A stretch of 64,000 bases of DNA from IMG/VR virus record IMGVR_UViG_3300008262_000055, one strand, 5' to 3'. The notes beneath the pieces are model-generated. The model worked only from the letters and a program-made list of their open reading frames with translations, was not told where the DNA came from and did not search any database. A program made the position numbers and the translations under genes. Source of the DNA: a virus (lineage: Duplodnaviria; Caudoviricetes). The stretch's first letter is position 1, and every line of letters starts with the position of its first letter. Of this stretch, positions 45,052-55,475 are shown piece by piece.

Positions 45052-45449
45052 TATATAAAGGCATGCAGAAACATGCCGGTATACTTTTCATATCTAAAAA
45101 AACTTCTAGAGTACTAATGATTCTAGAAGATCTCAAATGGACTGTTCCAAGTTTTCCTAGAGATAAATCTGTTGTTGAAGATGCTCAATCTATTATCCAA
45201 GAATATTATGGGCAAGAAGCTAGATTAGTGCCGGTTGAATTATATCTAAGTCAAGATAGCGGTTTTGAATTTTCCACTTATATTTGTTTAGTTGAACAAG
45301 AATTTGTCCCATCAAACAATCAAACTTTTTGTTGGACTATGATCGATGTGCTACCAAAAGGTGTACATACTGGATTAAAAAATACCCTCACAAATAAAAT
45401 TATCAAAACTAAAATTGATACTATATTACTAATGGGGACTTCGTTATGA
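45048..45449 (+). CDS. Nudix-fold-like protein, degenerate
   Basis: AGILF...VLMIL N-terminal strand typical of Nudix proteins, but no intact Nudix box. Confidence 0.45.
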   Translation: MIYKGMQKHAGILFISKKTSRVLMILEDLKWTVPSFPRDKSVVEDAQSIIQEYYGQEARLVPVELYLSQDSGFEFSTYICLVEQEFVPSNNQTFCWTMIDVLPKGVHTGLKNTLTNKIIKTKIDTILLMGTSL

Positions 45450-45712
45450 AATTATCTATTACTAAAAATAAAAATTTTATATCAGACTGTAAACGTTACG
45501 AAACTTTTATAAAAGAAACTAAAAGTTTAGAATTAGAAAAACTGTATAAAAGATTTTTATCTCAAGCTAAAAATATCGATGCTATCTCAGAATCTTTTGA
45601 ATTAATATCTAATGGTACTAGATTGAGTGAGGAACGAGCTCGATTAAAAAACATTAGAATAGAATTAGAAAAGAAAATTATATTGTTGAAAGAAAAGACT
45701 CGACAGACATAA
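45446..45712 (+). CDS. hypothetical helical protein
   Basis: 88-aa ORF coupled by ATGA overlap. Confidence 0.65.
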   Translation: MKLSITKNKNFISDCKRYETFIKETKSLELEKLYKRFLSQAKNIDAISESFELISNGTRLSEERARLKNIRIELEKKIILLKEKTRQT

Positions 45713-46568
45713 ATTTATAGTCTCCTATTTTTTCAATTAATTTTGTGTTATCAGAGCAGGTATATCTCTGATATTGATTTATTAAATCTGTAGGAAATTC
45801 AATTTCTTCAATCGCAGCTGAATATTTTTTTGATATTAAATCAGCTACTTCACGGAAAGACACAGCAGTTCCTGTTCCTAAATTAAAGATTCCATTAAAA
45901 TTTTTATTTGAAGCTGTTAATTTTATGTTTACTATATCGTCAACACAGATAAAGTCTCTTTGAAAATTTTCACTGTTTTTAAAAATTTGTATCTTTCCCG
46001 TGTCTAAGGCCTGTTGACTAAATTTAGTAATAGGGCTTGCTTGATCTTTCTTGTGAATTTCATTTTTTCCATAGACATTAAAATATCTCCAACCTTGTAT
46101 GTTAGCATTGGGATAATCTAATAACGTAGAATACACATATTGATCAACTAACATCTTACTAGTAGCATACAATGACCTAGGGTTAAGAGGCTGTGATTCT
46201 ACAAATGTGTTGCTATCACCGTAGACTGATGCCGAACTAGCGTATGATAAAACAAAATTATTTCTTACAGCTTGGTCAACAAGCCAATAACTAGGCTGTA
46301 GATTGTATTGATCAATTTTATTTTGATCTCGTTCAGTAGTTGATGATATCGCACCTTCGTGAAATACAACATCAACTTTTAACCAATGATTCCAAATGCC
46401 ATAAAAATCCTGTGGAGATATAATTTCTGAAAATTTTAAATCCCTAAGATTGTTTTCTTTGTCTTTGTTTATATCATCAACAATTAAAATATCACTAATG
46501 GACCGACCATTTAGGCCTTTAACTATATTAGAACCTATTAATCCAGCACCGCCTGTGACTATAATCAT
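45678..46568 (-). CDS. hldD: ADP-L-glycero-D-manno-heptose 6-epimerase
   Basis: IIVTGGAGLIG, VFHEGAISST, YASSASVYG, YATSK, RYFNVYG and RDFICV. Confidence 0.85.
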   Translation of the reverse strand: MIIVTGGAGLIGSNIVKGLNGRSISDILIVDDINKDKENNLRDLKFSEIISPQDFYGIWNHWLKVDVVFHEGAISSTTERDQNKIDQYNLQPSYWLVDQAVRNNFVLSYASSASVYGDSNTFVESQPLNPRSLYATSKMLVDQYVYSTLLDYPNANIQGWRYFNVYGKNEIHKKDQASPITKFSQQALDTGKIQIFKNSENFQRDFICVDDIVNIKLTASNKNFNGIFNLGTGTAVSFREVADLISKKYSAAIEEIEFPTDLINQYQRYTCSDNTKLIEKIGDYKFMSVESFLSTI

Positions 46569-47053
46569 ACTAATGTAGTCTCCAACCATTGTTTACATTC
46601 TAACCAACTACAATAAATGTGCGACCTTCCGCCAGCACGGTCCCAGTCCTCGCAGTTAGATTTGCGATCGTCTATTAAGATATCGCCTGGCGAACAACGG
46701 ACCCATTTATCAAAACTATACGGCCCAAGAAATACAGGTATATCTGGAAAATGTTTGTGTGCCCAGAATACTTTATCTTGTGGTGCCCACGGCATATCGT
46801 TGCCTTTAGGGATAGCACTTAAGAAATATAATCCTGCGTTGTTATTATGTCTATAATTTCTACACCACTCAACTAACTCGTATGCTCCTTCTTTCACTGG
46901 CAACTTACTATACATACGCTGATCATTTTTTAATTTTTGCCAAGTCGTGTCTGGTAGTATATCGCCGTCTTTGAATAACGGTTCATTGAGATATTCTCTA
47001 GCGTAGCCAAACCAATCTGCTACTACATCGTCCATGTCTAGATAGATATTCAT
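46565..47053 (-). CDS. HAD-superfamily phosphatase (5'(3')-deoxyribonucleotidase-like)
   Basis: IYLDMDDVVADW (DxD), FLSA, K and ILIDD. Confidence 0.8.
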   Translation of the reverse strand: MNIYLDMDDVVADWFGYAREYLNEPLFKDGDILPDTTWQKLKNDQRMYSKLPVKEGAYELVEWCRNYRHNNNAGLYFLSAIPKGNDMPWAPQDKVFWAHKHFPDIPVFLGPYSFDKWVRCSPGDILIDDRKSNCEDWDRAGGRSHIYCSWLECKQWLETTLV

Positions 47054-47430
47054 TACTCTGCTTTCTTTTGACTATCACCAGGAGCAAGTCTGTAATTGTC
47101 TTCTACAGAATCAGCGGTACTGACTTCAAATACCATAGCACCGTCTGTCATTGCTTCTAGCTGATGAGGTTGTAACGGAGGATTATGCCACGTGTCTCCT
47201 TCGTTTAATTCTTGCTCATATATCTTGGCATCTTTAGTATCAATCCAACGCAATTTAAATTTGCCTGAATTTACAAACCAAGTTTCATCTTTTTTATTAT
47301 GAAAGTGCATAGAAAATTTATTTCCTGCTTTTTCAAACACTAATATTTTTCCGCAATAGTAATCGTTGGTGGCCCATATAATTTCAAAACCCCAACCCTT
47401 GTTTACTTTTCCAGTTAATCTTTCTGTCAT
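47053..47430 (-). CDS. cupin (sugar ketol-isomerase-like)
   Basis: KGWG.E, SMHFH.KKDETW and HNPPLQPHQL. Confidence 0.8.
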   Translation of the reverse strand: MTERLTGKVNKGWGFEIIWATNDYYCGKILVFEKAGNKFSMHFHNKKDETWFVNSGKFKLRWIDTKDAKIYEQELNEGDTWHNPPLQPHQLEAMTDGAMVFEVSTADSVEDNYRLAPGDSQKKAE

Positions 47431-48176
47431 TTTATTTCCTCTAATGTAGGTGCGTAATTTCCCAAATGTTGAACAGTAATACTAGCGGCCTTAACGGCAA
47501 ACTTTATAGCGTCATTGATATTTTTTGTATCACACCATTTGTATGCTAGGGCAGCTAAAAAAGTATCTCCAGCACCGCACACATCACTGACTTCTACAGC
47601 CGGTGCTGGATGATTAATATCATGATGTATAGCTGTTGCTCCTTTATCCCCCAGTGTTACTATTAATCCAGTACACTCGCTTTTAACTTTGCTGTATTCG
47701 GATTCGTTGATCTTTACCCAGGCTCCTTGTAATCGTTCTAAGTCTGTTTTCTTTGTATCTACAAATACAGGAATTTTAGTTTCAATTAGTTCCTCTATTA
47801 GCTTATAACTTACTGTTCCCTTGTTGTAATCGCTAACAACAATAGCATCGTATACAGGAGGAATGGCTGTCTCAAACTCTAAAGGCGTTGATACAACATC
47901 GTCGTCTATTCTTATTATGTGTTGTTTACTACGGAGGTCAATTAATCTAGTTTTTGTACCAGTTTCTCCGTGAAGGTAATTAATTTTACACCCTAGTGCT
48001 TCTAAATTACGTGCCACATTTCCTGCCATTCCTGGTTTAGTTTCTTCGTGACTAAACTTAAACACTGGCACAGGAGCTTCGGGACTAATTCTGTCCACAG
48101 ATCCGTATCTATATACGTCTAGACAGTTATCGCCTATCAGCAATATCTTGAATGATTTTAGTTGTTGAGTGTCCAT
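47427..48176 (-). CDS. rfaE: heptose-7-phosphate kinase (HldE/RfaE domain I, PfkB family)
   Basis: IGDNCLD, SPEAPVPV, VSDYNKG and DVCGAGDTF. Confidence 0.88.
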   Translation of the reverse strand: MDTQQLKSFKILLIGDNCLDVYRYGSVDRISPEAPVPVFKFSHEETKPGMAGNVARNLEALGCKINYLHGETGTKTRLIDLRSKQHIIRIDDDVVSTPLEFETAIPPVYDAIVVSDYNKGTVSYKLIEELIETKIPVFVDTKKTDLERLQGAWVKINESEYSKVKSECTGLIVTLGDKGATAIHHDINHPAPAVEVSDVCGAGDTFLAALAYKWCDTKNINDAIKFAVKAASITVQHLGNYAPTLEEIK

Positions 48177-48522
48177 CTATTCTATCAAAAAATATAATTT
48201 CGTCGCAAACTTCTTGGCCTACAATAGGTTTGCCCATGTAATCGCTGCCCTTAACCATAGTGTCGCAGGCCGCAACAAGATTTATGAGTTCCAAATCAGT
48301 GTCGAATATCACAACTTCGTCAACTGCTTTTAGATTTTTGAGCATGTATGCTCGATATCGTTGATTGTTGATTGGTCGAGAAGACCCTTTTAGGCGGCGG
48401 ACACGATCGTCTGAATCAATGCCAACCATAAGATGATCTCCTAAACTTTTAGCATAGTTTAGAAGATCTATATGTCCCGGATGTAATATATCAAAAGAAC
48501 CGTTAACAAAAATCAGACTCAT
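48127..48522 (-). CDS. rfaE: heptose-1-phosphate adenylyltransferase (HldE/RfaE domain II)
   Basis: NGSFDILHPGH, GIDSD, VKGSDY and STT. Confidence 0.88.
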   Translation of the reverse strand: MSLIFVNGSFDILHPGHIDLLNYAKSLGDHLMVGIDSDDRVRRLKGSSRPINNQRYRAYMLKNLKAVDEVVIFDTDLELINLVAACDTMVKGSDYMGKPIVGQEVCDEIIFFDRIDGHSTTKIIQDIADRR

Positions 48523-48528
48523 GCTGTA

Positions 48529-48556
48529 ATTATACAGCAAAGAGTCTCTTTGTCAA
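48529..48556 (-). promoter_or_regulatory. sigma70-type promoter of heptose cluster
   Basis: TTGACA-16-TATAAT-6-ATG(48522). Confidence 0.75.
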
Positions 48557-48560
48557 CCTT

Positions 48561-51500
48561 TTAGGCTTGTGCTTCGCCCCAACGTAGAATAATGTTAGCG
48601 TTAACTGCTGTCCCAGACACCTTAAAGATGTTGATAGCCAACACGTCTGGACCATTTGGGAATGTACCTCTGCCACCTAGGGTAGTATTGGTTAATTCTT
48701 TCAATTCCGAAAGATCCAAACTGTCCGAACTTCCTGGTAAGCTAATGAATGAAAATACCTGTTCTCCAGGAAGAGCGTATGGAGGTTGTCCAAATTTAAA
48801 TGTTATTGTACTAGCACCTGCTACCACAGCATTAGAAGTCTGTGTAAATGTTACAGAGTAGTAGCCAGTACCACCAAATGTTCGTAGAGTGCTAACTGTG
48901 GCTACGCGAGTACCCGCAGCAAATTTAGCATCAGAAACTTCTGTGCCAGCACCTGCTGAATAAGTTGATACCAAGGTTTCCCAACTGGCCTGTGTGAAGT
49001 ATACAAAGTTGGTTACTGCGGTATTTTGTGCCAACGATAGTGTAATAGTTGCGTTAGCATTTACAGCCGCTGCTGTAGTTCTGGACAAGAACAAAGTATA
49101 ATACGGTATAGTATCAAAGGTCACGGTTGTTCCGCCTGCTAGTGTACCTATACAGTTATTACCAAAAACAACGGAGTAATATCCAACACCACCAAATGTC
49201 TGTAAACCGCTGATACCAGTTATTGTTGTTCCGCCAGTAAACTTGCCAGAGTCGTTAGTTGCTGTTCCTATCACAGGAACATCTACTGGTAGTGCTGTCC
49301 AACTGGCTGCTGTAAAGAACAGGTTATTGGTAGTTGTTCTAGAACCGCCAAACGCAGTGTTGATAGTTTGAGTCGACAATGGTAAATCAGAACTTAACCC
49401 TTGACTCATTGTTACAGTATAATATCTATTAGGTGATGTACCTTGTATACCCGAAACAGCTGATACTGTAGTTCCTCCTGGGAATGCCGATGTTACACTA
49501 AATCCAGTTTGTGTTATGTTGCTGGTCATATTATTCCAGCTAGCTTCTGTAATGTTCAATGTAGTCTGGCCTGCGACATAAGCGGTAGAAATTGTTCCGT
49601 TGTTATTAGCTCCGGTTGCTGTCGAATTGTATTGAACAAAGTTGTTGCCAGCCCCTGTTACAATATACGTTCCGTTATATGCGTTAGGGTTTACACCGGT
49701 TACCGTAATTCTAGAATTAACAGGGAAAGGCACATAACCTTGATTATTAAAAAATAATGTAGCTGTTACACCGTTACCTTGTGGGAAAGTTGTATTAACT
49801 GCCCTAAAAAACGTCTGCATGCTAGAAGTCAACGCACCCAACGTCGTAGCTACTGGACTTGGACTTGTTGCTACTGAAGATACTGTGGTACCTGCTTGGA
49901 ATTTGGTGTCCGAAGCTGCTATAGAGAATCCAGCAGTGGCACCTGACGTATTCCAGCTGGCCTGTGTTGCGTATACAAATGAAGACCCGCTAGCTCTATT
50001 AAATGCTGTCTTGTTAGGTACCGTTACGTTAGCAGTTACAGTATTCAATGCGGTAGCAGTAGCAGTAGGCTGAGCCACACCGCCCGCCCAGTTTACAGAA
50101 CCACCAGGAGCAATTTGAGCAAAGCTAGGTTGACCGCCAGCGGCAACACCTGTTAACCCCGACCAAACAATGTCGCTGGGGTTTGCGGGATAGTTCTGCG
50201 GATTCAACACCCCTTCAACAATGATACCGCCTGTGCCTGTATCTGATGTAACAGCAATTTCTTTCAACAATAATTGGGCTCTGTTTAACAATTCTCTATC
50301 ACCAAGATCGCCTACTACCGCATTCGAAACACTAGGTGCTAGACGAATTAGGAACGCAGTGGCTTTGGTTGTGCTAACACTTAGACCGGTAGACGCATAG
50401 TTAAAAATGTATCCTCGATCCGAGTCAAACAATCCGTCTGTTAGGAAAGCACTACCCCAGTGACTAATTAGTGGAGTTGTGGTGTTATTCATCAAGATAA
50501 CACCTGTTCCGGCACTATGGTTTGCGGCCACACCTGCTGTAAAGTTTCTATTAGCACCTGCTATGAATAAATCTAATTGAGCAGATCTAGTACATCCTGT
50601 TAGTGTATTTAGAGTTTGATCGATTCCTGTATAAGAAATCATTTCATTGTCTATATAAACAATACCAGTTTCTGGGAATCCTGCTATGCTTGCGACTGGT
50701 ACTACTGTACTAGTATTAGTAATATCGCTGACTAAGCTGCTGTTTGAACCGTAGTTTGAAACTTCATATCTAACAGGCAAGTTACCAGTACGCATATATG
50801 CTTCTGTATTGATGTTTGAGTTTCTCATCCTGTGTGCAAAAACATAATTACCGTCTGAACCTCTTAGCATAAAATCAATAAAACCAGCACCATACCACGA
50901 GTACTGGATTCCAATCATCTGCATCTTTGTAATATCTAAATCATAACCGCTGGGTCCAGTTCCATTTAATCGATCTTTGTTAAAGTCTGATTGCTGGACT
51001 CTAACTTCTGAGACTAAACTCATTTTAGCATTTGATACGTTGTTAACACCTCGGAAGTCTGGGTTAACAGTCATTGATGTCTGACTATCAACGTGTGTTA
51101 CTATGTGCGTCATACCCCTAATAGTAACAGCATCACCTGCTTTGATTTGATCTCGGAATCTACTATTAAGTCCTGTAACTCTGTTTGAACCAGAGTTTAC
51201 AGAAATAGTTCCTGCTAATTGTTTAGTAGAAGTACGCTGAACAGCCCAAAGAGTCTGTCCATCATATTCCCAGAAAATTCCATTTTGGTCGTCAAAAACT
51301 CCAGCACGAACAACTGCTCCTTTCCAACGTAAAGTAGAAATTTGACAGTTAAAACTTAGTGTAGGTTTTCTAGTTCCTACTCGTTTTGTAGCAATAATTC
51401 TAAATGTTCGTTCACTGACAATTTCATCAACTGTGTAATCGCCATCATAGCCACCAGTTGTTACACCGCTAAGACGTATAACAGCACCGCGTTGTAGACC

Positions 51501-54500
51501 GTGATCGTTGTCACCTAATGTAACTTCTATAGTAGCCCCTACTTCAACGTCTGTAGCAAGTATAGTCAATACATCATAACTCGGTGCAAATAACGCACCT
51601 GTGGTATACATAACACCTTTACCAGATTGATAACGAATATATTTTTTACTTTGACGTATGGCCTGTACACCATGTTGTGGACCGCCTGTACCTAGCTGTA
51701 CGCCGCCATCAAATGGTCTGTGCGTAAAAAAGCTATCTGGTCTTGGATATATTACACCCGAAATAGGTGCTCCTGTAATTATTCCTGGAGATCTAGCTTG
51801 GAAAGTAATTGTATTTCGGGTTGGAATTTGTGTAGCGGAGAACGAACCGTTGGCTAATGAGTGATTGTTAGATCCATTATCTGAGCTAACTGTAACAATA
51901 AACGATCCGCCTGGCGGAATTCCGTGAGGTTCTTGGAATATGATCTGTAATGTAGCTAATGTACCAAACCCTAAACCTGTACCAGAAGTAATTGTTGCTG
52001 TGGTAAATTCACTAACTGTTACAGAAGAATATAATTGTAAATTAATTCCAGCTACACCTAACCCGGTTACTGTAGCTGCTGTGATAGCACCTGTAGATGG
52101 TGTTACAGAAGTCACTGATACTATGGCGTCATTGGTTGTATTTGCTCCGCCAAGATTGCTACCTAAAATTCTAATTCTATTTCCCGGTAGATATGCTGTG
52201 CCGCCGTCAGATACTATAATGTTAGTGTAACCGCTAGCGGTTCTGGTAATAGTAAATTCGCCATTGATTCCGGAACCAGGAACTATAACTACAGGAACAT
52301 TACTAATAGTAGTTCTATCGTCCCCTGTACCTGCTGTGGATATTTGAGAAATAACTCCAGGAGCATTTTCATTAGCTACTAGCCCGCTAACTAACGATGC
52401 TGCAATAATTTCTCCGCTGCCGCCAATGTTGTCAACTTGTATTTGAAGATCGTTTGAAGGAGTATTGCCGCCAAGTTGTGTACCATATATAGTTATAATT
52501 TCACCGCCTGCATAGCCACTACCAGCAAATGCTACTACCAAACTAGTATAAGCAGCACCAATTCTAGTAATATTAAATTGTGCCGAGCTACCTGACAACG
52601 AGGTAGCATCTTGTAATAATCCAGTAAATGTTGATGTTGTCTGTGTAGCAGTAATAGTTACATCATTGGCGGGGGTAGTGTTGCTGGTAAACACTGTTCC
52701 TAAGATCAAGAATTCGGTGCCTTTAACATATCCTGTGCCACCGGCATTAATTACTGAAGAGAATCCTGTACCTGTTCTAGTTACATCAAAGGTGGCACTT
52801 GATCCTAGTGTACTGTCTGGACTAGTAGCCGTATAAGAACTGTTATTAATACCGCTAATAGTTTCATTACCTGAAGACATCAAGCTAGTTCCAGAAATAA
52901 CATCTGCTGTTAAAATAGAACCGCTGGAAACAGTAGCTACGGTAATTAATAGATCATTAGCAGGACTTGTACCAGATAAATCTGATCCTAAAATTCTTAG
53001 AACATCGCCTACTTGATAATCAGACCCTCCTGTGTTAACTGACACAGATATGTAACCTGCAGAATTACCAACAACATTAAATGTTGCTGCTGAACCAATT
53101 GAAATTTCATTAGTTCCTGTTAATTCGGTATATGTTGTAGTGTTACCAATGATAGCACCGGAAAATGGTCTAGTAAACGTAACATCGGTTCCTGCTAGTG
53201 ATTCAACAAACGTAGAGGAACCTGTTTGATCATTAGCACCAAGCCCTATAACTATGCCCGAAGTGCTGGCAACTGTAAGAGTGGTTAGACCTAACAGCGT
53301 AGGAGCATAATCGCCCAGTACTGTGGGAGTTACTATAACTCCGCCAGAACCAACAACAGCAGTAACTTGAGATCCAAACCCAATGCCAACCGCAGCATTC
53401 ATTGGTGACCCTATGCTAGGAACAGTTCCGCTAGCTACAGCAAATTTTGATGTTGCTGTTGGTGTGTCAAATTGAGTAACAAATGTTCCGGAAGTTCCGT
53501 TTGATAACAAATTGATTGTTGGTAGTCCAATAGAAGCACCTGTGTAAAAACCACCTTTTCTTATCTGGGTATAGGTAGTTTTTAGGCTTGTTCCGGATGT
53601 AGTTCCTACTCTTGATTTAGCAAAATAGGTAAATGTAGTAGGAGTTGGAATTGTTACAATAACAAACGCACCCTCTGCTCTGCTAATACCAGAAATAGCT
53701 GTATCTAGGCCAGCAACAGTTACTGGGGTACCGGTAGATAAATTATGTGGTGCTGCTGTAGTCACAGTGATTGTTGAAGCACCTACACCATTACTTGGAA
53801 AAGAAGCATCAGAGGTTATAGCTGTTACTTCAAAATCAGATCCAGGAATTTCGTAAACTGAAGGATATCCTCTAGCTATACCAATAGCCTGCCACTTTGT
53901 AGGTTGTAGTCCGTATTCAAAGTCAGCGTCAAGCATGGACTGTGGAGCAGCAACTCTATGACGTTCGATAGCATCTGTACCAAAATCATATGGACGAACT
54001 TTCATCTCGACCGATTCAACGAATATCTGTAATTCGTCAGTTTCGTCCATAGTAGATGTGTCTGAGTTTAGACGCAGATGTACAACTCTATCAGTAACTT
54101 GTTTAAATGCTACAAAATCATCATCACCGTCGAACTCTGAAACAATCTCGCCGCCAGCGGTATTTGTAGAAAAATTGTATATGACCACATTTTTACTGGT
54201 ATTTGTGATCAGCAATAAATCTTCAAGTCGAATAGCACCTTGGAATTTAATAAGTCCATACCCAGCACTTTCCTTAGCAGGTAATGAACTTACGCCCTGT
54301 TCAATGATGTTAACTAAATTGTTTGAAAGAGTAAGAATTACTGTGCCTGCTTCTGGATCATAGGCCTTAGAAGAATCTACAATCTGTTCTTCTACTGTCT
54401 GATATGGAACGGTTCTTGGAGAAACTGCTGGTAAACTAGTAGGACCATCTTCTAAGAAATTAATAAAGACATTGGTAAGTTCTGTAATCCTTGCGTAAGC

Positions 54501-55475
54501 ACCTGACTCCGCCGACGGTGCTGTTAATATCTGTGGATAAACTATTTGATAATCTGGTGCGTTGACTCTTGGAAAAATATAATCAACAATTACTTCTTGT
54601 AAAAATCTGTAACTGGCTATTTCTGGAATGCGAGATCCGTCGACTTGGAATACCCCATCGATATAATACTTTTGAGCAATACGTCTTGATTCTTCATTGC
54701 CGTTATTTTCTAAATCGTATATTAACGCATCTATCACATAACCAGAATCCCTAACACATTTTGCCGAATCGTAGGTATATCCTTTAAAAACTACTACTTC
54801 ATTGATTACTGAAGTTTTTCCTGTGGTAATAGCATTGAACGCAGTTTGTAACGGTGCTGTGGCAAAAGTAATGCTAGGTGTTGTTCTAACTATACCTGAT
54901 AATATAGTATTAGCTTGTGTTTGTGTTGTTGCTGCTACAACAGTAGCAGTGATTTGTACTAGGTCTTGGCATATTACCGCATCGGCCGAGTTAGCAGCAG
55001 GGAAGGTACGATTCTGTGTTAGAGTGTTGCCTTCTGTTTTTGTAACAAATTCGTTTAATACTATTTGTCCAATGACTTGTTTTAGATGTACATAGGCTGC
55101 GACTGTTTGTAGTCGATGAGTAGGATCAATACCTGTTGTAGCGTTGGCAAATCCGTAGAAGAAAAATCTAGCTTGATCGTAAGTAGCACTGTTACCGCCA
55201 TATAGAATATCGTAACAGATAGCGTCAATGGCATATTTGACATCTCTAGCACATTTTACAGGATCATGATCAGCGTTAGGATATTGTTCTGCAACCCAAG
55301 CATTAACTTCTGCTGCTAAGAAATTCTTATTAGACACTATCTGATTCTTAGCTGCAATTCTACTAACTGTAGCATTGCTAGGTTCGGCAAGTACTAGTTC
55401 GTTGGCATTTTCTCTGCCGTTTTCAATAATATCTACAACTTCGTTAAAGAAAGCATTATTTCTAGCTCTATAGAA
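48561..55475 (-). CDS. very large virion structural/baseplate-fibre protein, C-terminal part (frame-shifted from 55433..56560)
   Basis: Frame is open from 55475. Contains KCxRD repeats, ATFxV...GGxGY...PxND repeats and a QSKKYIRYQSGK...GIFWEYDG domain. Confidence 0.8.
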   Translation of the reverse strand, partial: FYRARNNAFFNEVVDIIENGRENANELVLAEPSNATVSRIAAKNQIVSNKNFLAAEVNAWVAEQYPNADHDPVKCARDVKYAIDAICYDILYGGNSATYDQARFFFYGFANATTGIDPTHRLQTVAAYVHLKQVIGQIVLNEFVTKTEGNTLTQNRTFPAANSADAVICQDLVQITATVVAATTQTQANTILSGIVRTTPSITFATAPLQTAFNAITTGKTSVINEVVVFKGYTYDSAKCVRDSGYVIDALIYDLENNGNEESRRIAQKYYIDGVFQVDGSRIPEIASYRFLQEVIVDYIFPRVNAPDYQIVYPQILTAPSAESGAYARITELTNVFINFLEDGPTSLPAVSPRTVPYQTVEEQIVDSSKAYDPEAGTVILTLSNNLVNIIEQGVSSLPAKESAGYGLIKFQGAIRLEDLLLITNTSKNVVIYNFSTNTAGGEIVSEFDGDDDFVAFKQVTDRVVHLRLNSDTSTMDETDELQIFVESVEMKVRPYDFGTDAIERHRVAAPQSMLDADFEYGLQPTKWQAIGIARGYPSVYEIPGSDFEVTAITSDASFPSNGVGASTITVTTAAPHNLSTGTPVTVAGLDTAISGISRAEGAFVIVTIPTPTTFTYFAKSRVGTTSGTSLKTTYTQIRKGGFYTGASIGLPTINLLSNGTSGTFVTQFDTPTATSKFAVASGTVPSIGSPMNAAVGIGFGSQVTAVVGSGGVIVTPTVLGDYAPTLLGLTTLTVASTSGIVIGLGANDQTGSSTFVESLAGTDVTFTRPFSGAIIGNTTTYTELTGTNEISIGSAATFNVVGNSAGYISVSVNTGGSDYQVGDVLRILGSDLSGTSPANDLLITVATVSSGSILTADVISGTSLMSSGNETISGINNSSYTATSPDSTLGSSATFDVTRTGTGFSSVINAGGTGYVKGTEFLILGTVFTSNTTPANDVTITATQTTSTFTGLLQDATSLSGSSAQFNITRIGAAYTSLVVAFAGSGYAGGEIITIYGTQLGGNTPSNDLQIQVDNIGGSGEIIAASLVSGLVANENAPGVISQISTAGTGDDRTTISNVPVVIVPGSGINGEFTITRTASGYTNIIVSDGGTAYLPGNRIRILGSNLGGANTTNDAIVSVTSVTPSTGAITAATVTGLGVAGINLQLYSSVTVSEFTTATITSGTGLGFGTLATLQIIFQEPHGIPPGGSFIVTVSSDNGSNNHSLANGSFSATQIPTRNTITFQARSPGIITGAPISGVIYPRPDSFFTHRPFDGGVQLGTGGPQHGVQAIRQSKKYIRYQSGKGVMYTTGALFAPSYDVLTILATDVEVGATIEVTLGDNDHGLQRGAVIRLSGVTTGGYDGDYTVDEIVSERTFRIIATKRVGTRKPTLSFNCQISTLRWKGAVVRAGVFDDQNGIFWEYDGQTLWAVQRTSTKQLAGTISVNSGSNRVTGLNSRFRDQIKAGDAVTIRGMTHIVTHVDSQTSMTVNPDFRGVNNVSNAKMSLVSEVRVQQSDFNKDRLNGTGPSGYDLDITKMQMIGIQYSWYGAGFIDFMLRGSDGNYVFAHRMRNSNINTEAYMRTGNLPVRYEVSNYGSNSSLVSDITNTSTVVPVASIAGFPETGIVYIDNEMISYTGIDQTLNTLTGCTRSAQLDLFIAGANRNFTAGVAANHSAGTGVILMNNTTTPLISHWGSAFLTDGLFDSDRGYIFNYASTGLSVSTTKATAFLIRLAPSVSNAVVGDLGDRELLNRAQLLLKEIAVTSDTGTGGIIVEGVLNPQNYPANPSDIVWSGLTGVAAGGQPSFAQIAPGGSVNWAGGVAQPTATATALNTVTANVTVPNKTAFNRASGSSFVYATQASWNTSGATAGFSIAASDTKFQAGTTVSSVATSPSPVATTLGALTSSMQTFFRAVNTTFPQGNGVTATLFFNNQGYVPFPVNSRITVTGVNPNAYNGTYIVTGAGNNFVQYNSTATGANNNGTISTAYVAGQTTLNITEASWNNMTSNITQTGFSVTSAFPGGTTVSAVSGIQGTSPNRYYTVTMSQGLSSDLPLSTQTINTAFGGSRTTTNNLFFTAASWTALPVDVPVIGTATNDSGKFTGGTTITGISGLQTFGGVGYYSVVFGNNCIGTLAGGTTVTFDTIPYYTLFLSRTTAAAVNANATITLSLAQNTAVTNFVYFTQASWETLVSTYSAGAGTEVSDAKFAAGTRVATVSTLRTFGGTGYYSVTFTQTSNAVVAGASTITFKFGQPPYALPGEQVFSFISLPGSSDSLDLSELKELTNTTLGGRGTFPNGPDVLAINIFKVSGTAVNANIILRWGEAQA

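Noticed and set aside
51900-53200. Repeated ATFxV...GGxGY...PxND units as DNA repeats or a mobile element
   Set aside because: These are degenerate protein-level repeats within the large virion protein, typical of fibre or structural domains.
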